DNA of 64,000 nucleotides from NCBI GenBank assembly GCA_047285535.1, contig JBJBDC010000001.1:736136-800135 (forward strand), read 5' to 3'. Source of the DNA: Synechococcus sp. Its GTDB lineage: Bacteria > Cyanobacteriota > Cyanobacteriia > PCC-6307 > Cyanobiaceae. Below are positions 9,514-19,720 of this stretch, piece after piece; the stretch's first letter is position 1; each line of letters opens with the position of its first letter. The notes beneath the pieces are model-generated. The model was not told the origin of the DNA. It saw nothing but the letters and a program-made list of their open reading frames with translations, and searched no databases. A program made the position numbers and the translations under genes.

Positions 9514-10095
9514 ATGCGCGCGTTGATTCTTGGCTGTGCTCTTCTTTGTGGCGGGATGCAGGGTCTACTGGCTCCCACCGCGCTGGCTCACTCAGGTCAT
9601 GGGGACGAGTTTGTTGAGAACGGTGTGGTGGGGCAGGTGAAGTCCATGCCTGAGCAAGACCAGCTGCTGGGAATCTCCACAGCTCCACCCCAGGTGTCTG
9701 ACAATGGCGAGTTAACGGTGCCGAGTGTGGCCATCGTCGATGCCGAAGGACAGCCCCTTGTCTTCGTGCGCAGTGGCAGCACCTACGACCCCGTGTTCAT
9801 TCGAATGGGGCCTGCCCTTGGAGATCGCAGCGTTGTTCTCGACGGTGTAACCGCTGATGAACAGGTGGTCGTCTCAGGAGCTCTTTCGCTCTATGCCGAA
9901 TCACAGAAAAAGGATCGTGTTCCGGTTGCTCAGGCCAAACCAAATCCTCCAGCCCGTGAACAGGACCAAACGGCCCGTGCTCAGACCCTATCTCCCCCAT
10001 GGCTACTCCCCGGTGGAATCAGCGTTGTGGTGATTGTCGTGCTTGCAGCGGCTCTGGGGCTGCGTGGCCGGGGTGCGGGTCCAAAAGCCGATTAA
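9514..10095 (+). CDS. short RND-associated periplasmic adaptor-like protein (CzcB/NrsB-like C-terminal domain)
   Basis: Signal peptide ending 'ALAHSGHGDEF', 'LTVPSVAIVD..GQPLVFV...VLDGV...EQVVVSGA', C-terminal TM; directly precedes an HME-RND gene. Confidence 0.7.
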   Translation: MRALILGCALLCGGMQGLLAPTALAHSGHGDEFVENGVVGQVKSMPEQDQLLGISTAPPQVSDNGELTVPSVAIVDAEGQPLVFVRSGSTYDPVFIRMGPALGDRSVVLDGVTADEQVVVSGALSLYAESQKKDRVPVAQAKPNPPAREQDQTARAQTLSPPWLLPGGISVVVIVVLAAALGLRGRGAGPKAD

Positions 10096-10104
10096 CCAGA
10101 ACCT

Positions 10105-13100
10105 TTGATGTTGACCCAATTGCTCAACAGCATCCTGCGTGGCTCGATTGCTCGCCGGTGGTTCGTTGTTCTGTGTTCGCTGTTGATCAGCGCCTGGGGT
10201 GTGCTGAACCTTGTTCAGATGCCCCTGGATGTTTTTCCTCCGTTTGCTCCGCCCCAGGTGGAGATTCAAACGGCAGCCCCTGGCCTTGGACCGCAACAGG
10301 TGGAGCAGCAGATCAGTGAGCCGATCGAGGCGGCCATGAACGGGCTGGCCGGTGTGGATGTGGTGCGATCGGCATCCAAGCCTGGCCTCTCGATGGTGCA
10401 GGTGGTGTTCCGAGACGCATCCCACCTGGAGCGTTCTCGCCAATTGGTGTCCGAACGTCTGCAGCAGGTGAGGATTCAGTTGCCGAAGTCGGCGAGTCCA
10501 CCGTTGATTTCGCCTCCGCTCTCACCCCTCGGCACCATCCTGCAATACGCCTTCACGCTCCCCGAAAACGCTACGCAGGACCAGAAACTTCAGTTGCGTT
10601 CTCTGGTTCAAACCACCTATGAGAATGCGTTGCTCGCCATCCCCGGCATCGCTCAGATCACGATCTACGGCGGGGATCTCCAACAGACCCAGGTACAGGT
10701 GGATCTGACGGCGCTCGAACAAGGGAATATCGCTCTCTCTGAAGTTGTGGGGGCAGCCCATGAGGCACAGTTCGATGGACTCGGTGGCATTGAGATTGCC
10801 GGTGGTCAGGAACGTCTGATTCATCCCCCAGGCAACAACGCAGATCGCGACGATTTCGTACGTGCTGCCGTGGTTACGGCAAACGGGCAAATCACTGCCC
10901 TGGGGACGGTCGCTGCCGTTCGGCCCGGTGCAGCCATTCGGAGGGGAGAAGCCAGTTTCAACGCTCAGCCGGCGGTGGTGATGATGATCAACAAGCAACC
11001 GGATGTGGACACCCCACGCCTGACGAGGACTGTTGAGCAACGGGTTCGAGAACTCAGTGCCTCTCTGCCGAAGGATGTGGCGGTGACCCAGACATTCCGT
11101 CAAGTTCAGTTCATCGACACCGCCATTCGCAATGTGAGCGAATCCCTGCTTCTGGGCGTGGTGATTGTCGCCGGGGTGCTGCTGCTGTTCCTGATGAACT
11201 GGCGCACCGCTGTGATCACCCTCAGTGCCATTCCCCTGTCTCTGCTGTTGGGTCTGCTGTTGATGCGTGGGCTCGGTCTGCAGCTCAACACGATGACCCT
11301 GGGGGGCCTAGCAGTAGCCATTGGTTCGGTGGTTGACGATGCCATTGTCGACATGGAGAACTGCTATCGCGGGCTTCGCCGGAACAGGCAGTTGTCATCC
11401 CCACAGAACCCTCTGGACGTGGTGTTCCAAACGTCGGTGGAGATGCGTCAGCCGGTGTTGTTCTCAACCTTGATCATCGTGGTGGTTTTTGCACCGATCT
11501 TCACCCTCACCGGTGTTGAAGGCCGGATTTTCATGCCGATGGGCATCGCCTACGTTCTATCGATCCTGGCCTCCACCCTTGTTGCCTTAACACTCTCCCC
11601 GGCCCTCTGCGCCATTCTGCTCAGCCGCGCACCGCTGCCAAGCCATCGATCATGGATGGAACGGGGAGTCGATCGTTGGTATCGGCCATTACTCGAGACA
11701 GCTCTGCAATGCCCACGACGCATTCTTGCTCTGGCCCTGGCATCCTTTCTGGTTGCGGTCTTGATCCTGCCAAGCCTCGGCCGCGTCTTTCTACCCGAGT
11801 TTCGCGAGCAATCGCTGGTCAATTCAATGGTCCTGTATCCCGGTGTTTCTCTGGAGATGACCAGCCGAGCCGGAACGGTTCTTTCACAACGACTTCAATC
11901 CAGTGGCGATGTCAACTGGGTCCAGGTGAGAGCCGGCCGTGCCCCAGGGGATGCCGATGGTGCAGGCGTCAATATTGCCCACGTGGATCTTGAACTGAGT
12001 GCTCACGCCATGAAGGATCGCCCGGCTGCGATCGGACGAATTCGTGAGGCATTTCTCGCCTTGCCCGGGGTGGCACCAAACATCGGAGGGTTCATCTCCC
12101 ATCGAATGGATGAGGTGCTGTCAGGCGTGCGCAGCGCGATCGCGATCAAAATCTCAGGACCAGATCTCAACGAACTGCGCAATCTTGGGGAACAGGTGCG
12201 TGACGTGGTGGCTGAGATCCCCGGAGTGGTTGATCTTCAGCTCGAGCCCCAGCTTCCGGTCCCCCAGGTGCAGCTGAAGATTGATCATGAGCTGGCGCTG
12301 CAACAAGGTGTCAGCGTGGCAACGCTGGCCAAGGCCGCTGAAGTGGCATTGCACGGTGAGCTGCTCACTCCAGCTCAACCTGCGAGTGGTCGCCGTGCCG
12401 TGGTTGTCACCCTGCCGCCAGATCAACGAGGAGACCTGGAAGCATTGCGTCGCATTCCGATTCGCACAGCCACTGGTGCACTGAAACCGCTTGGCGATTT
12501 CGTCACAGCTGAGTCAACGCGTGGTCCGAACGAAATCAATCGTGAGGATGTTACCCGGCGGATCGTGGTTTCCGCCAACGTCGCCAAACGGCCTCTAGGT
12601 CCAGTGGTGAAGGACATTCGCCGCCATGTGAGCACAGCGTTGACGCTGCCTGCCGGCTACTCCATTCGTTATGGAGGTCAATTCGAATCGGAACAAAGAG
12701 CCACCCGCACGCTGGTGACCTACAGCCTGCTTGCGGCTGTGCTGATCGCAATTCTGATGCTGGTTGCCGTTCGTTCATGGACAGCCATGGTGGCGATTCT
12801 GCTCAACCTGCCCCTGGCGCTGGTTGGCGGTCTGATCGCAGTTCTGCTCAGCGGGGGTGTGCTCTCTGTGGCGTCACTGATCGGCTTCATCACTCTGTTC
12901 GGCGTCGCCGTGCGCAACGGGCTTCTGCTGGTGGACAACTTCAATCGTCGCCATCAAAGCGGTGAGCCGCAGTTGGACTTGATCCGCAACGGCAGCCTTG
13001 AGCGCCTCAACGCAATTTTGATGACGGCTCTCACTTCATCGCTGGGCATGTTGCCGCTTGCTCTGGCGTTCGGAGCAGGCAATGAAATCCTTCAGCCCCT

Positions 13101-13212
13101 GGCGATCGTTGTACTCGGAGGTCTCATCACCTCCACCCTGCTCACGCTGATGGTGATCCCGGCCCTGTATGCCCGTTACGGGCGCTGGCTGCTTCCTGCT
13201 TCAGGTCGTTGA
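10105..13212 (+). CDS. CzcA/CusA-family heavy-metal efflux RND permease
   Basis: 1035 aa; 'MPLDVFP.FAPPQVEIQT', 'LGGLAVAIGSVVDDAIVDMEN', 'ERLNAILMTAL', 'EILQPLAIVVLGGL'. Confidence 0.92.
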   Translation: MMLTQLLNSILRGSIARRWFVVLCSLLISAWGVLNLVQMPLDVFPPFAPPQVEIQTAAPGLGPQQVEQQISEPIEAAMNGLAGVDVVRSASKPGLSMVQVVFRDASHLERSRQLVSERLQQVRIQLPKSASPPLISPPLSPLGTILQYAFTLPENATQDQKLQLRSLVQTTYENALLAIPGIAQITIYGGDLQQTQVQVDLTALEQGNIALSEVVGAAHEAQFDGLGGIEIAGGQERLIHPPGNNADRDDFVRAAVVTANGQITALGTVAAVRPGAAIRRGEASFNAQPAVVMMINKQPDVDTPRLTRTVEQRVRELSASLPKDVAVTQTFRQVQFIDTAIRNVSESLLLGVVIVAGVLLLFLMNWRTAVITLSAIPLSLLLGLLLMRGLGLQLNTMTLGGLAVAIGSVVDDAIVDMENCYRGLRRNRQLSSPQNPLDVVFQTSVEMRQPVLFSTLIIVVVFAPIFTLTGVEGRIFMPMGIAYVLSILASTLVALTLSPALCAILLSRAPLPSHRSWMERGVDRWYRPLLETALQCPRRILALALASFLVAVLILPSLGRVFLPEFREQSLVNSMVLYPGVSLEMTSRAGTVLSQRLQSSGDVNWVQVRAGRAPGDADGAGVNIAHVDLELSAHAMKDRPAAIGRIREAFLALPGVAPNIGGFISHRMDEVLSGVRSAIAIKISGPDLNELRNLGEQVRDVVAEIPGVVDLQLEPQLPVPQVQLKIDHELALQQGVSVATLAKAAEVALHGELLTPAQPASGRRAVVVTLPPDQRGDLEALRRIPIRTATGALKPLGDFVTAESTRGPNEINREDVTRRIVVSANVAKRPLGPVVKDIRRHVSTALTLPAGYSIRYGGQFESEQRATRTLVTYSLLAAVLIAILMLVAVRSWTAMVAILLNLPLALVGGLIAVLLSGGVLSVASLIGFITLFGVAVRNGLLLVDNFNRRHQSGEPQLDLIRNGSLERLNAILMTALTSSLGMLPLALAFGAGNEILQPLAIVVLGGLITSTLLTLMVIPALYARYGRWLLPASGR

Positions 13213-13573
13213 GTCGTTGAGCCATGCGCTTCTGCTGAATCAATGCAGATCATGGCGATCTGTGGTGATTTGAACTGGCGTGAATTCTGTCGATTCAAGC
13301 AGACTCTGATGGCCAATTTTTTCACTTAAAAGACAAAATGTGCAGTGGATTTCAGTGCAGTGAAGTTGAGTTCCTCTGGTTTTTTGTGCCATCGAGGTCT
13401 GAAAATGTCAGCAGGTGCTGAGGGTCTTTAGCTACAAAATGTTCAACCGGATCAGAAAGCCTACGGATCAGTTCAAGAAGAGCATCCAATTCATATCAAC
13501 GAGGTGCTCTCAATAGTCTTGATTGCCAAATATTCTGGAGATCCTTAGTTTTGAGAAACAAACGATCAACAGG

Positions 13574-14752
13574 ATGATTCGGGAGCGACCCAGTCGATGC
13601 GGGGCGACCCTCGCGATTGCGTTTGTCTGCCTCGCCAATGTCTCCGTCGCTCAGCCCAATCAGGAGGACGCTCGCTTCGCCAAGCTGGGAGCGCAGATCG
13701 AGACCCTCCGGCAAAACGATGGGATTCCCGGTGCATCCGTCGCCGTCATTGACGCAGGAGCCATAGTCTGGGCCGAGGGTTTCGGTGTGGCGGACCTGGC
13801 CACTGGCCGTCCGGTCACTGCCAACACCTTGTTTCAAGCACAATCCATCACCAAGACGCTGACGGCCCTGGCAACGGTGAAGCTTCTCGCCAAGGAAGGG
13901 ATTGCGCTGGATGAGCCGGTGAATCGCTACCTGAAGGGATGGTCAATTCCTGAAAACAAGTTCACCGAAACAGTTCCGGTGACCTTTCGCATGCTGTTGA
14001 ACCACACCGCTGGCTTAAGCAATCCCTACCCGGACGGTTGCTGTGGTCCCAAGGAACAACTCCCCACTCTTCTACAGGTGTTGAACGGGCTGCCTCCGGC
14101 GACCAATCCACCCCTTACGGTCGAGCGAATCCCGGGGACTCGCTACGACTACTGCAACGGCTGTTACACAGTGCTGCAGCTCGCGCTGGAATCCATCAGC
14201 CAACAATCCTTTGAAACACTGATACAGGGGTTGGTACTCACACCAGCGGGGATGACGAGCAGCACATTCGACAACCGCTTCTTCCTTGACGATCCAAGCT
14301 CGATTGCAATTCCCTACGCCGTTGATGATCGGCCCCATACCCGGGCACCGATGCGGAATTCAATCCTCTCCACTGGGTTGATGTGGACCACGGCGAGCGA
14401 TCTGGCCCGATTCAACCTGGCCTTCACTCGGGCGCTTCAATCAGGAGACCAGCTGATTGAGAAGTCCTTGGCAGAACAGCTGATCATTCCCAGTTCAACG
14501 GCCACGCGCAGTCTTGGATTCTTTATCGGAAACCGCGATGCTCAACCTGAAGCGGGAGGACACTATCTATTCCATTCAGGGTCGGGAACGGGTTATCTAA
14601 GCCTTTCAATCATTGAAATCAATGGTGAAAAAGGAGCTGTGATTTTAATCAACAAAGGACCCAACCCATGGCTCACAACAGATATCCCTCAATACGATTT
14701 CATCGTAAGTACCTTGAAGTTAATCAATACGTCTCAGGACTGGCCTGAGTGA
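13574..14752 (+). CDS. secreted serine hydrolase, beta-lactamase class C/AmpC-like family
   Basis: SxxK 'QSITK', 'LLNHTAGL', YxN 'YCNG', 'HSG'; signal-peptide-like N-terminus (the ORF track starts at 13523). Confidence 0.88.
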   Translation: MIRERPSRCGATLAIAFVCLANVSVAQPNQEDARFAKLGAQIETLRQNDGIPGASVAVIDAGAIVWAEGFGVADLATGRPVTANTLFQAQSITKTLTALATVKLLAKEGIALDEPVNRYLKGWSIPENKFTETVPVTFRMLLNHTAGLSNPYPDGCCGPKEQLPTLLQVLNGLPPATNPPLTVERIPGTRYDYCNGCYTVLQLALESISQQSFETLIQGLVLTPAGMTSSTFDNRFFLDDPSSIAIPYAVDDRPHTRAPMRNSILSTGLMWTTASDLARFNLAFTRALQSGDQLIEKSLAEQLIIPSSTATRSLGFFIGNRDAQPEAGGHYLFHSGSGTGYLSLSIIEINGEKGAVILINKGPNPWLTTDIPQYDFIVSTLKLINTSQDWPE

Positions 14753-15587
14753 TGATCTTTTGTCAACTTACTGACCAGAACATGGCCACTATCTCGGCTG
14801 TATCCAGAGCAATCCTCCTGGAGAGAGTGTTGGAGAAGGCCCCAAGAAGACACTGAGCGTTCCCACTCTCAAGCCTTTCAAGCACGCGACGAAGCGTTAC
14901 CGCCCGGCGAAATGGTGAGGAGACTGAACTCCTAGCAGCAGGCGGCAGCCATGGTCAGCATGCATCAGACCCGGTGAGAGCGAATCTCGCTACTGCGTTG
15001 TCGTTCATTTTTTTGCCGACGATCCCTTGCCAAACCAATCGTTGAGACCATGGGCATGAGGGCTAGAAGGCAAGGGCTGCCTGGAGCACAAATCCAAAAC
15101 ACTCGCCATAGCCGGCATCACCGTGGACAAAGATCTGTGGTTGATCGCAGATCAGTGCATGACTGATCTCATGTCGAATCCCACCATGCTCCTGGGTTCT
15201 GTGCTGATGCAGCTCAGGCACAAGTGGCCAAGGATGGAGTCCTGCGAATTGGCGAACACCCAGTGCAGCGCTGAGTGATTGGCTTCTGTTGAGGAATGCT
15301 AGCGGTGCTCAATCACTGGAGCGATCCGCCCCCTTCTTCACCTCAAGCAACTGTTGGTATGGCGTAAAAAAATGTTCATGAGGACTTGATGAATTCTTCT
15401 TGTTCTGGATTTACTCTGGATGACCAGCCAAGGCTTATGCACAGAAAAAGCAATCACAGATGAATCTTTGTGCTCGCGGCCTATCACGATTCATCTCTTT
15501 ATTGCTGAAGAAAAACGATGGCATTTCAGTGCTTGTGTGGATCTCTTAGCCATCGCTATGGTTGTTTTGTTTGAGTTGGTTTTCACA

Positions 15588-15950
15588 ATGAAATCACCTG
15601 ACTCTGTATGCAGTTTGCAGCATCGAGCCTGTGCCTTATTTGAACTTTTGTTGGCGATTGCATCGGAGCAGGTTGGAACCTCGGCCATGAAGGCTTCGCA
15701 GGGATTTTCTATTTTTCTGCCAACACTCCTTGCGGTAGTTGGTTATCTCTCCTCTATTTTTTGGTTTGCACGAAGCATGAAGGTTTTGCCGATGAGCTTC
15801 GCTTATGCGCTCTGGGTTGGCTTGGGAATGATTGTCGCTTCCATGATTGGCTTTTTTTGGTTTGGTGAAGTCCTGAGTCGAGAGTCAGTGCTTGGTTTGC
15901 TTCTGATTGCAGGCGGTATTTTTGTCTTGAATTCTGGTCAGAGAGGTTGA
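15588..15950 (+). CDS. SMR/DMT family small multidrug transporter subunit (start uncertain)
   Basis: 'LAIASEQVGT..MKASQGF', 'LPMSFAYALWVGLG', 'FGE'. Confidence 0.85.
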   Translation: MKSPDSVCSLQHRACALFELLLAIASEQVGTSAMKASQGFSIFLPTLLAVVGYLSSIFWFARSMKVLPMSFAYALWVGLGMIVASMIGFFWFGEVLSRESVLGLLLIAGGIFVLNSGQRG

Positions 15951-16273
15951 TGGCGATGTACCACACTTATTTGATTCTTCTCCTGGCAATTTTTTCTGAA
16001 AATCTTGGTACCACCTTTTTAAAAGGTTCGAATGGTCTAAGACGGCCTGTCTATGTTGTTGGTGCTCTATCAGGATATGTCGTTAACTTTTTGATGATGG
16101 GTCAGGTCCTGGCGATCCTGCCGCTGGCGATTGCCTATGGATTGTGGTCGGGCTTTGGCATGGCGTTCGTCACGTTGCTTGGGGTTTTGATATACGGCGA
16201 AGTTTTTAATTGGCGTGTTGTGATAGGTCTCGCACTAATTATTTCTGGCGTTGTGATTTTGAATGCTGCGTAG
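15947..16273 (+). CDS. SMR/DMT family small multidrug transporter subunit (paired SMR)
   Basis: 'LAIFSENLGT.FLKGSNG', 'LPLAIAYGLWSGFG', 'YGE'; overlaps the upstream SMR stop. Confidence 0.88.
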   Translation: MMAMYHTYLILLLAIFSENLGTTFLKGSNGLRRPVYVVGALSGYVVNFLMMGQVLAILPLAIAYGLWSGFGMAFVTLLGVLIYGEVFNWRVVIGLALIISGVVILNAA

Positions 16274-16445
16274 TGCATGGTCGGATTGATTTCATTGATA
16301 CGCTCAATCTGTTTCGTCGTGAACTGAGGCATTAATTTGTGTAGCATGTCATGGTGCTCTCTGAGAGCTTTTTGCGAGTCGCCAAGTAGGCCTTGCTGCC
16401 AGTAGTTGAAAGCGACTGATCTCACAGCTGGCTCAGCGATGTCTC

Positions 16446-16718
16446 TTATCTGGAGGGTTTCAGAAGCATGGCAAGACCTGACACTGTGACAAAGATGGTG
16501 AGCACCCCCAGCAGCATCGGATAAACAGGTTGGAGATTGAGCCAGCCGAACTGGCCCGTATGGACCTTGAGGAGCCAAAAAGCATCAATTCCTTGTTCAA
16601 GAAGAAGGCTGTAAAGCGAACCTGTGCTGGCTGTGAGCAGAAGCGGTAGAGCAGCGACAGGCACCAACCACCTATGGATGCGTCGTGCTTTGCGCTGGGT
16701 CTGAACTCCCGGTTTCAT
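16446..16718 (-). CDS. small PepSY-associated TM protein
   Basis: 'RRIHRWL..PLLLTASTG' and 'LKVHTGQFG' PepSY_TM-like motifs. Confidence 0.7.
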   Translation of the reverse strand: MKPGVQTQRKARRIHRWLVPVAALPLLLTASTGSLYSLLLEQGIDAFWLLKVHTGQFGWLNLQPVYPMLLGVLTIFVTVSGLAMLLKPSR

Positions 16719-16936
16719 TGCTTGCGCAGGTGTTGGTGTAGTTCTCGTTCATCCGCACAAGGCATCCATTTCCCATTGTTTTGATGGACGGTTGTACAGC
16801 CAAGTTGATCGGCTCGCGTCTGAGCCTCAGCCTTTGTGGAGTAGAGGCCTTTGCCATGGGCCAGCACTGGGTTGCTGCCTAGCAAGACAGTTGCCAGTGC
16901 AATCGTGACCAGCACCCATCGATCGATGTTGATCAT
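16715..16936 (-). CDS. DUF3721-like small secreted protein
   Basis: Signal peptide followed by 'YSTKAEAQ.RA.QLGC..VHQ..GKWMPC', a picocyanobacterial family pattern. Confidence 0.7.
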   Translation of the reverse strand: MINIDRWVLVTIALATVLLGSNPVLAHGKGLYSTKAEAQTRADQLGCTTVHQNNGKWMPCADERELHQHLRKQ

Positions 16937-17252
16937 CGAATTCAGAAAGTTTCGCAGTGTTCCACGACCTTGAAGTCGTCCAATTTGCCTGAGATTGTTA
17001 CGCCCTTGGGGTTGATAGCCACAGGTTTAACAACCTACGAGCTGTTGCAGTCATTTTAGCGATGGATCTTGACGGCTTGTGGCATCAAAAGAATGACGAT
17101 CCTCAGCAATCTGTTAATAGAGGAAGGACCCTGCCTTGAGCCATGCCTCGGCAGAATCACTGCATCCATGGGGAGTGCGGTGGCCATGGCTGATGTCAGT
17201 CCTGGCGATCAACACTGGCGCTGGTGGCTGACACAACCTCCTTATTCTTTCC

Positions 17253-18089
17253 TTAGAGATCGTTCGGTATCCAGATCGCGGCGGTGTGATCCCCCAGGCC
17301 AACGGTTCGACCTTCGAGGTGTTCGATGCCGACCCAGGCGCAGATCAGGCCATCGAGCATGTCTTCCACCGGCTTGAGCGAAGCCAGGGTTGTCACCTCA
17401 GATGGCTCGGGGATGAACTCCGGGATGCCGCGGATGTGGGCGTCAAGTCCGGTTTTGATCTCCCGGAATTGATCGAGCAATCGTTCGATGCGCTCACTGC
17501 GCGAGAACTGCTCGGCTTTCCAGTACTGGCCTGAGCGGCTCACCTTGTAAGGCACGCGGTAATTGCGATTGAGCAAAGCCAGCAGGGCAACATGGGGATA
17601 GACCTCGATCAGGGCAGGGGTTGCCTGTTCGCTGCCGCTGGTGAGAAGCCTGTAGCCAAGGGCGGCGAAGTCGGCGCGCAACTGGTCGGCAATGGCGCCG
17701 GGCCGTTCGGCCGAGGGGCTGTGCACGGCGCATCCCCGTGGCCCGAAGCGGCTGGAGATGGCGGTATCGGCCCTGCGCCTGCTGGTGATCGGCGTCGTGG
17801 CCAGAGGCATGTCGACCGCCACGCAGCTGACTTCTTCCTCGGCCAGTTGCTTTGAGGCTCGCAGCAGTACCTGAGGATCGGGTCTGCTGCCGCTGGCCTT
17901 CTGCTGCGCATCCCAAACCTGGCCTGACGCCTGGGCAATGAAGGTTTCATAGCTGGGGGTTAGGGCCAGACAGTTCCAGCCGGCATTGGTGCGTTGCACC
18001 AGGGCGATCCCACTGGGCTGATGAGCCGTCCAGGCGGCGTCGATGCCGAGGATGCAAGGGCCGTTGATTGGATCAGGTTTGGCGACCAA
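17253..18089 (-). CDS. DUF429 family predicted nuclease (RNase H-like fold)
   Basis: 'ILGIDAAW', 'VAVDMP', 'RRADT', 'IEVYPH', 'EDMLDGLICA'. Confidence 0.82.
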   Translation of the reverse strand: MVAKPDPINGPCILGIDAAWTAHQPSGIALVQRTNAGWNCLALTPSYETFIAQASGQVWDAQQKASGSRPDPQVLLRASKQLAEEEVSCVAVDMPLATTPITSRRRADTAISSRFGPRGCAVHSPSAERPGAIADQLRADFAALGYRLLTSGSEQATPALIEVYPHVALLALLNRNYRVPYKVSRSGQYWKAEQFSRSERIERLLDQFREIKTGLDAHIRGIPEFIPEPSEVTTLASLKPVEDMLDGLICAWVGIEHLEGRTVGLGDHTAAIWIPNDL

Positions 18090-18270
18090 TTCGGGAGCAG
18101 CAATGAACCCAAATTGCAGTCTGAATCCCTAATCACAACCTCGCTTCGTTCAAGTGAGACGCTCAAGAGCAGGTGGCCTTCTTAGAAGATTCTCATTGAG
18201 GTCTTCCCTAAATGAGAGATGGAACAACCACAGCATTGGTGCAATCTGAATACACAAGTGCGGCTGCTTG

Positions 18271-19707
18271 ATGGCTCCCACCCTTCTGTTCATCACCGGC
18301 GTGCTCGCCGGCTTAATCGCTGGCTTCATTCTCAGCCGCATGTTTGGACGCAGCAGAAGCGGTGTTGGCTCCGGTGAGATCCGGCTTTTGGAAGAACGCC
18401 TTCTGAAAGCCGATCAGGGTCTGGCGCAATTCAGCCAGCAGCTGGAAGCGCAAAGCTCCGAGCTCCGCTCAGCGCAGCAGCAGGCCCAACAGGCCAGCGA
18501 ACAGGCTGCTGTGAGCCGCACGCAACTGGAGGGCGTGAGCCAGGAGCGCGATGCGCTTAAGGCTGGCCATGACAGTGCACTGGCCGCGATGGATCAACTG
18601 CGCCGTGAGAAAGAACAGCTCACGGCAACGATGGCGGAGGTGGCCGAGAAGCTGCGCAGCCAGGAGAGCCAAACCCAGTTCCTTGAGCAGGCCCGCACGG
18701 ATCTGCTTACCCAGTTCCGTTCGTTGAGCGGTCAGATGCTGGATGGCTCCCGTGACGCGTTGCTCAAGAGCACCAAGGAAACGGTAAGTGAGCCGTTCGC
18801 CAAGGAAGTGCTGCAGTTGCGCCAGCAGGTGGAGGCGTTGCAGAAGGATTCCAACGCCAAACTCACGGTGCTGGCGGAAACAACCCGCGATTTGCGCCAG
18901 CGCAGTGAAGACGTGCAGGGCGCAGCCCAGCAGCTCACCTCAGCCCTGCGCTCGCCAAATGTGAAGGGTCAGTGGGGAGAGGTGAACCTGCGCCGGATCC
19001 TGGAGTTTGTGGGCTTGATCGCCTACTGCGACTTCAATGAGCAGGTGCATGTGGGCACCGATGAGGGCGCCTACCGGCCGGACTGTGTGATCACGATTCC
19101 CGGCTCACGCCGCTTGATTGTGGATTCCAAGGCACCGATCGAGAGCTATCTCGATGCCCTGCAGGCCAACGATCAAGCCCAGCGGGACGCAGCACTCAAC
19201 GAGCACCTCAAAAAAGTGCGCAGCCACATCGATCTGCTGAGCAAGAAGGATTACGCCGGCAAGCTCAGTGCCCTGGGCCAGGTGGTGGATGGGGTGGTGC
19301 TGTTCATCCCGGTGGAAGGCGCTTTGTCTATGGCGTTGGAGCGGGATCCGCAGCTGCTGGAGTACGCCTTCAGCAAGAACATCATCCTTACCTTCCCCAC
19401 CAGCCTGCTGGCGATCCTCAAGGGATTGGCGATGACGATCCAGCAGGCGGAGATCGCCAAAAACATCGACGAGATTCAGGCTCAGGCGGTGGAGCTGCAC
19501 AAGCGCTTCTCCACCTTCATCGACAAATTCAACGACATCGGCAACAACATCACCCGTTTGAACAAGAGCTTCAATGCGGCAGTGGGTTCAGCGCAGAGTC
19601 GTTTGCTGCCTCAGGGCCGGCGTTTTGCAGAGCTGGCGGGGCAAAGCGGTGAGCTTGATTTGGGCGATCAGATCGATGAGGTGGTGCGTGAGATTCAGGC
19701 TGAATAA
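18271..19707 (+). CDS. rmuC: DNA recombination protein RmuC
   Basis: N-terminal TM, long coiled coil, 'KGQWGEVNL', 'RPDCVI.IPG...IVDSKAP', 'HI..LSKKDY', 'VLFIPVE'. Confidence 0.92.
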   Translation: MAPTLLFITGVLAGLIAGFILSRMFGRSRSGVGSGEIRLLEERLLKADQGLAQFSQQLEAQSSELRSAQQQAQQASEQAAVSRTQLEGVSQERDALKAGHDSALAAMDQLRREKEQLTATMAEVAEKLRSQESQTQFLEQARTDLLTQFRSLSGQMLDGSRDALLKSTKETVSEPFAKEVLQLRQQVEALQKDSNAKLTVLAETTRDLRQRSEDVQGAAQQLTSALRSPNVKGQWGEVNLRRILEFVGLIAYCDFNEQVHVGTDEGAYRPDCVITIPGSRRLIVDSKAPIESYLDALQANDQAQRDAALNEHLKKVRSHIDLLSKKDYAGKLSALGQVVDGVVLFIPVEGALSMALERDPQLLEYAFSKNIILTFPTSLLAILKGLAMTIQQAEIAKNIDEIQAQAVELHKRFSTFIDKFNDIGNNITRLNKSFNAAVGSAQSRLLPQGRRFAELAGQSGELDLGDQIDEVVREIQAE

Positions 19708-19720
19708 GATCAGAGGATTC

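Noticed and set aside
14753..15587. Guanidine riboswitch upstream of the SMR pair
   Set aside because: No ykkC-type or twin ACGR-loop motif recognised
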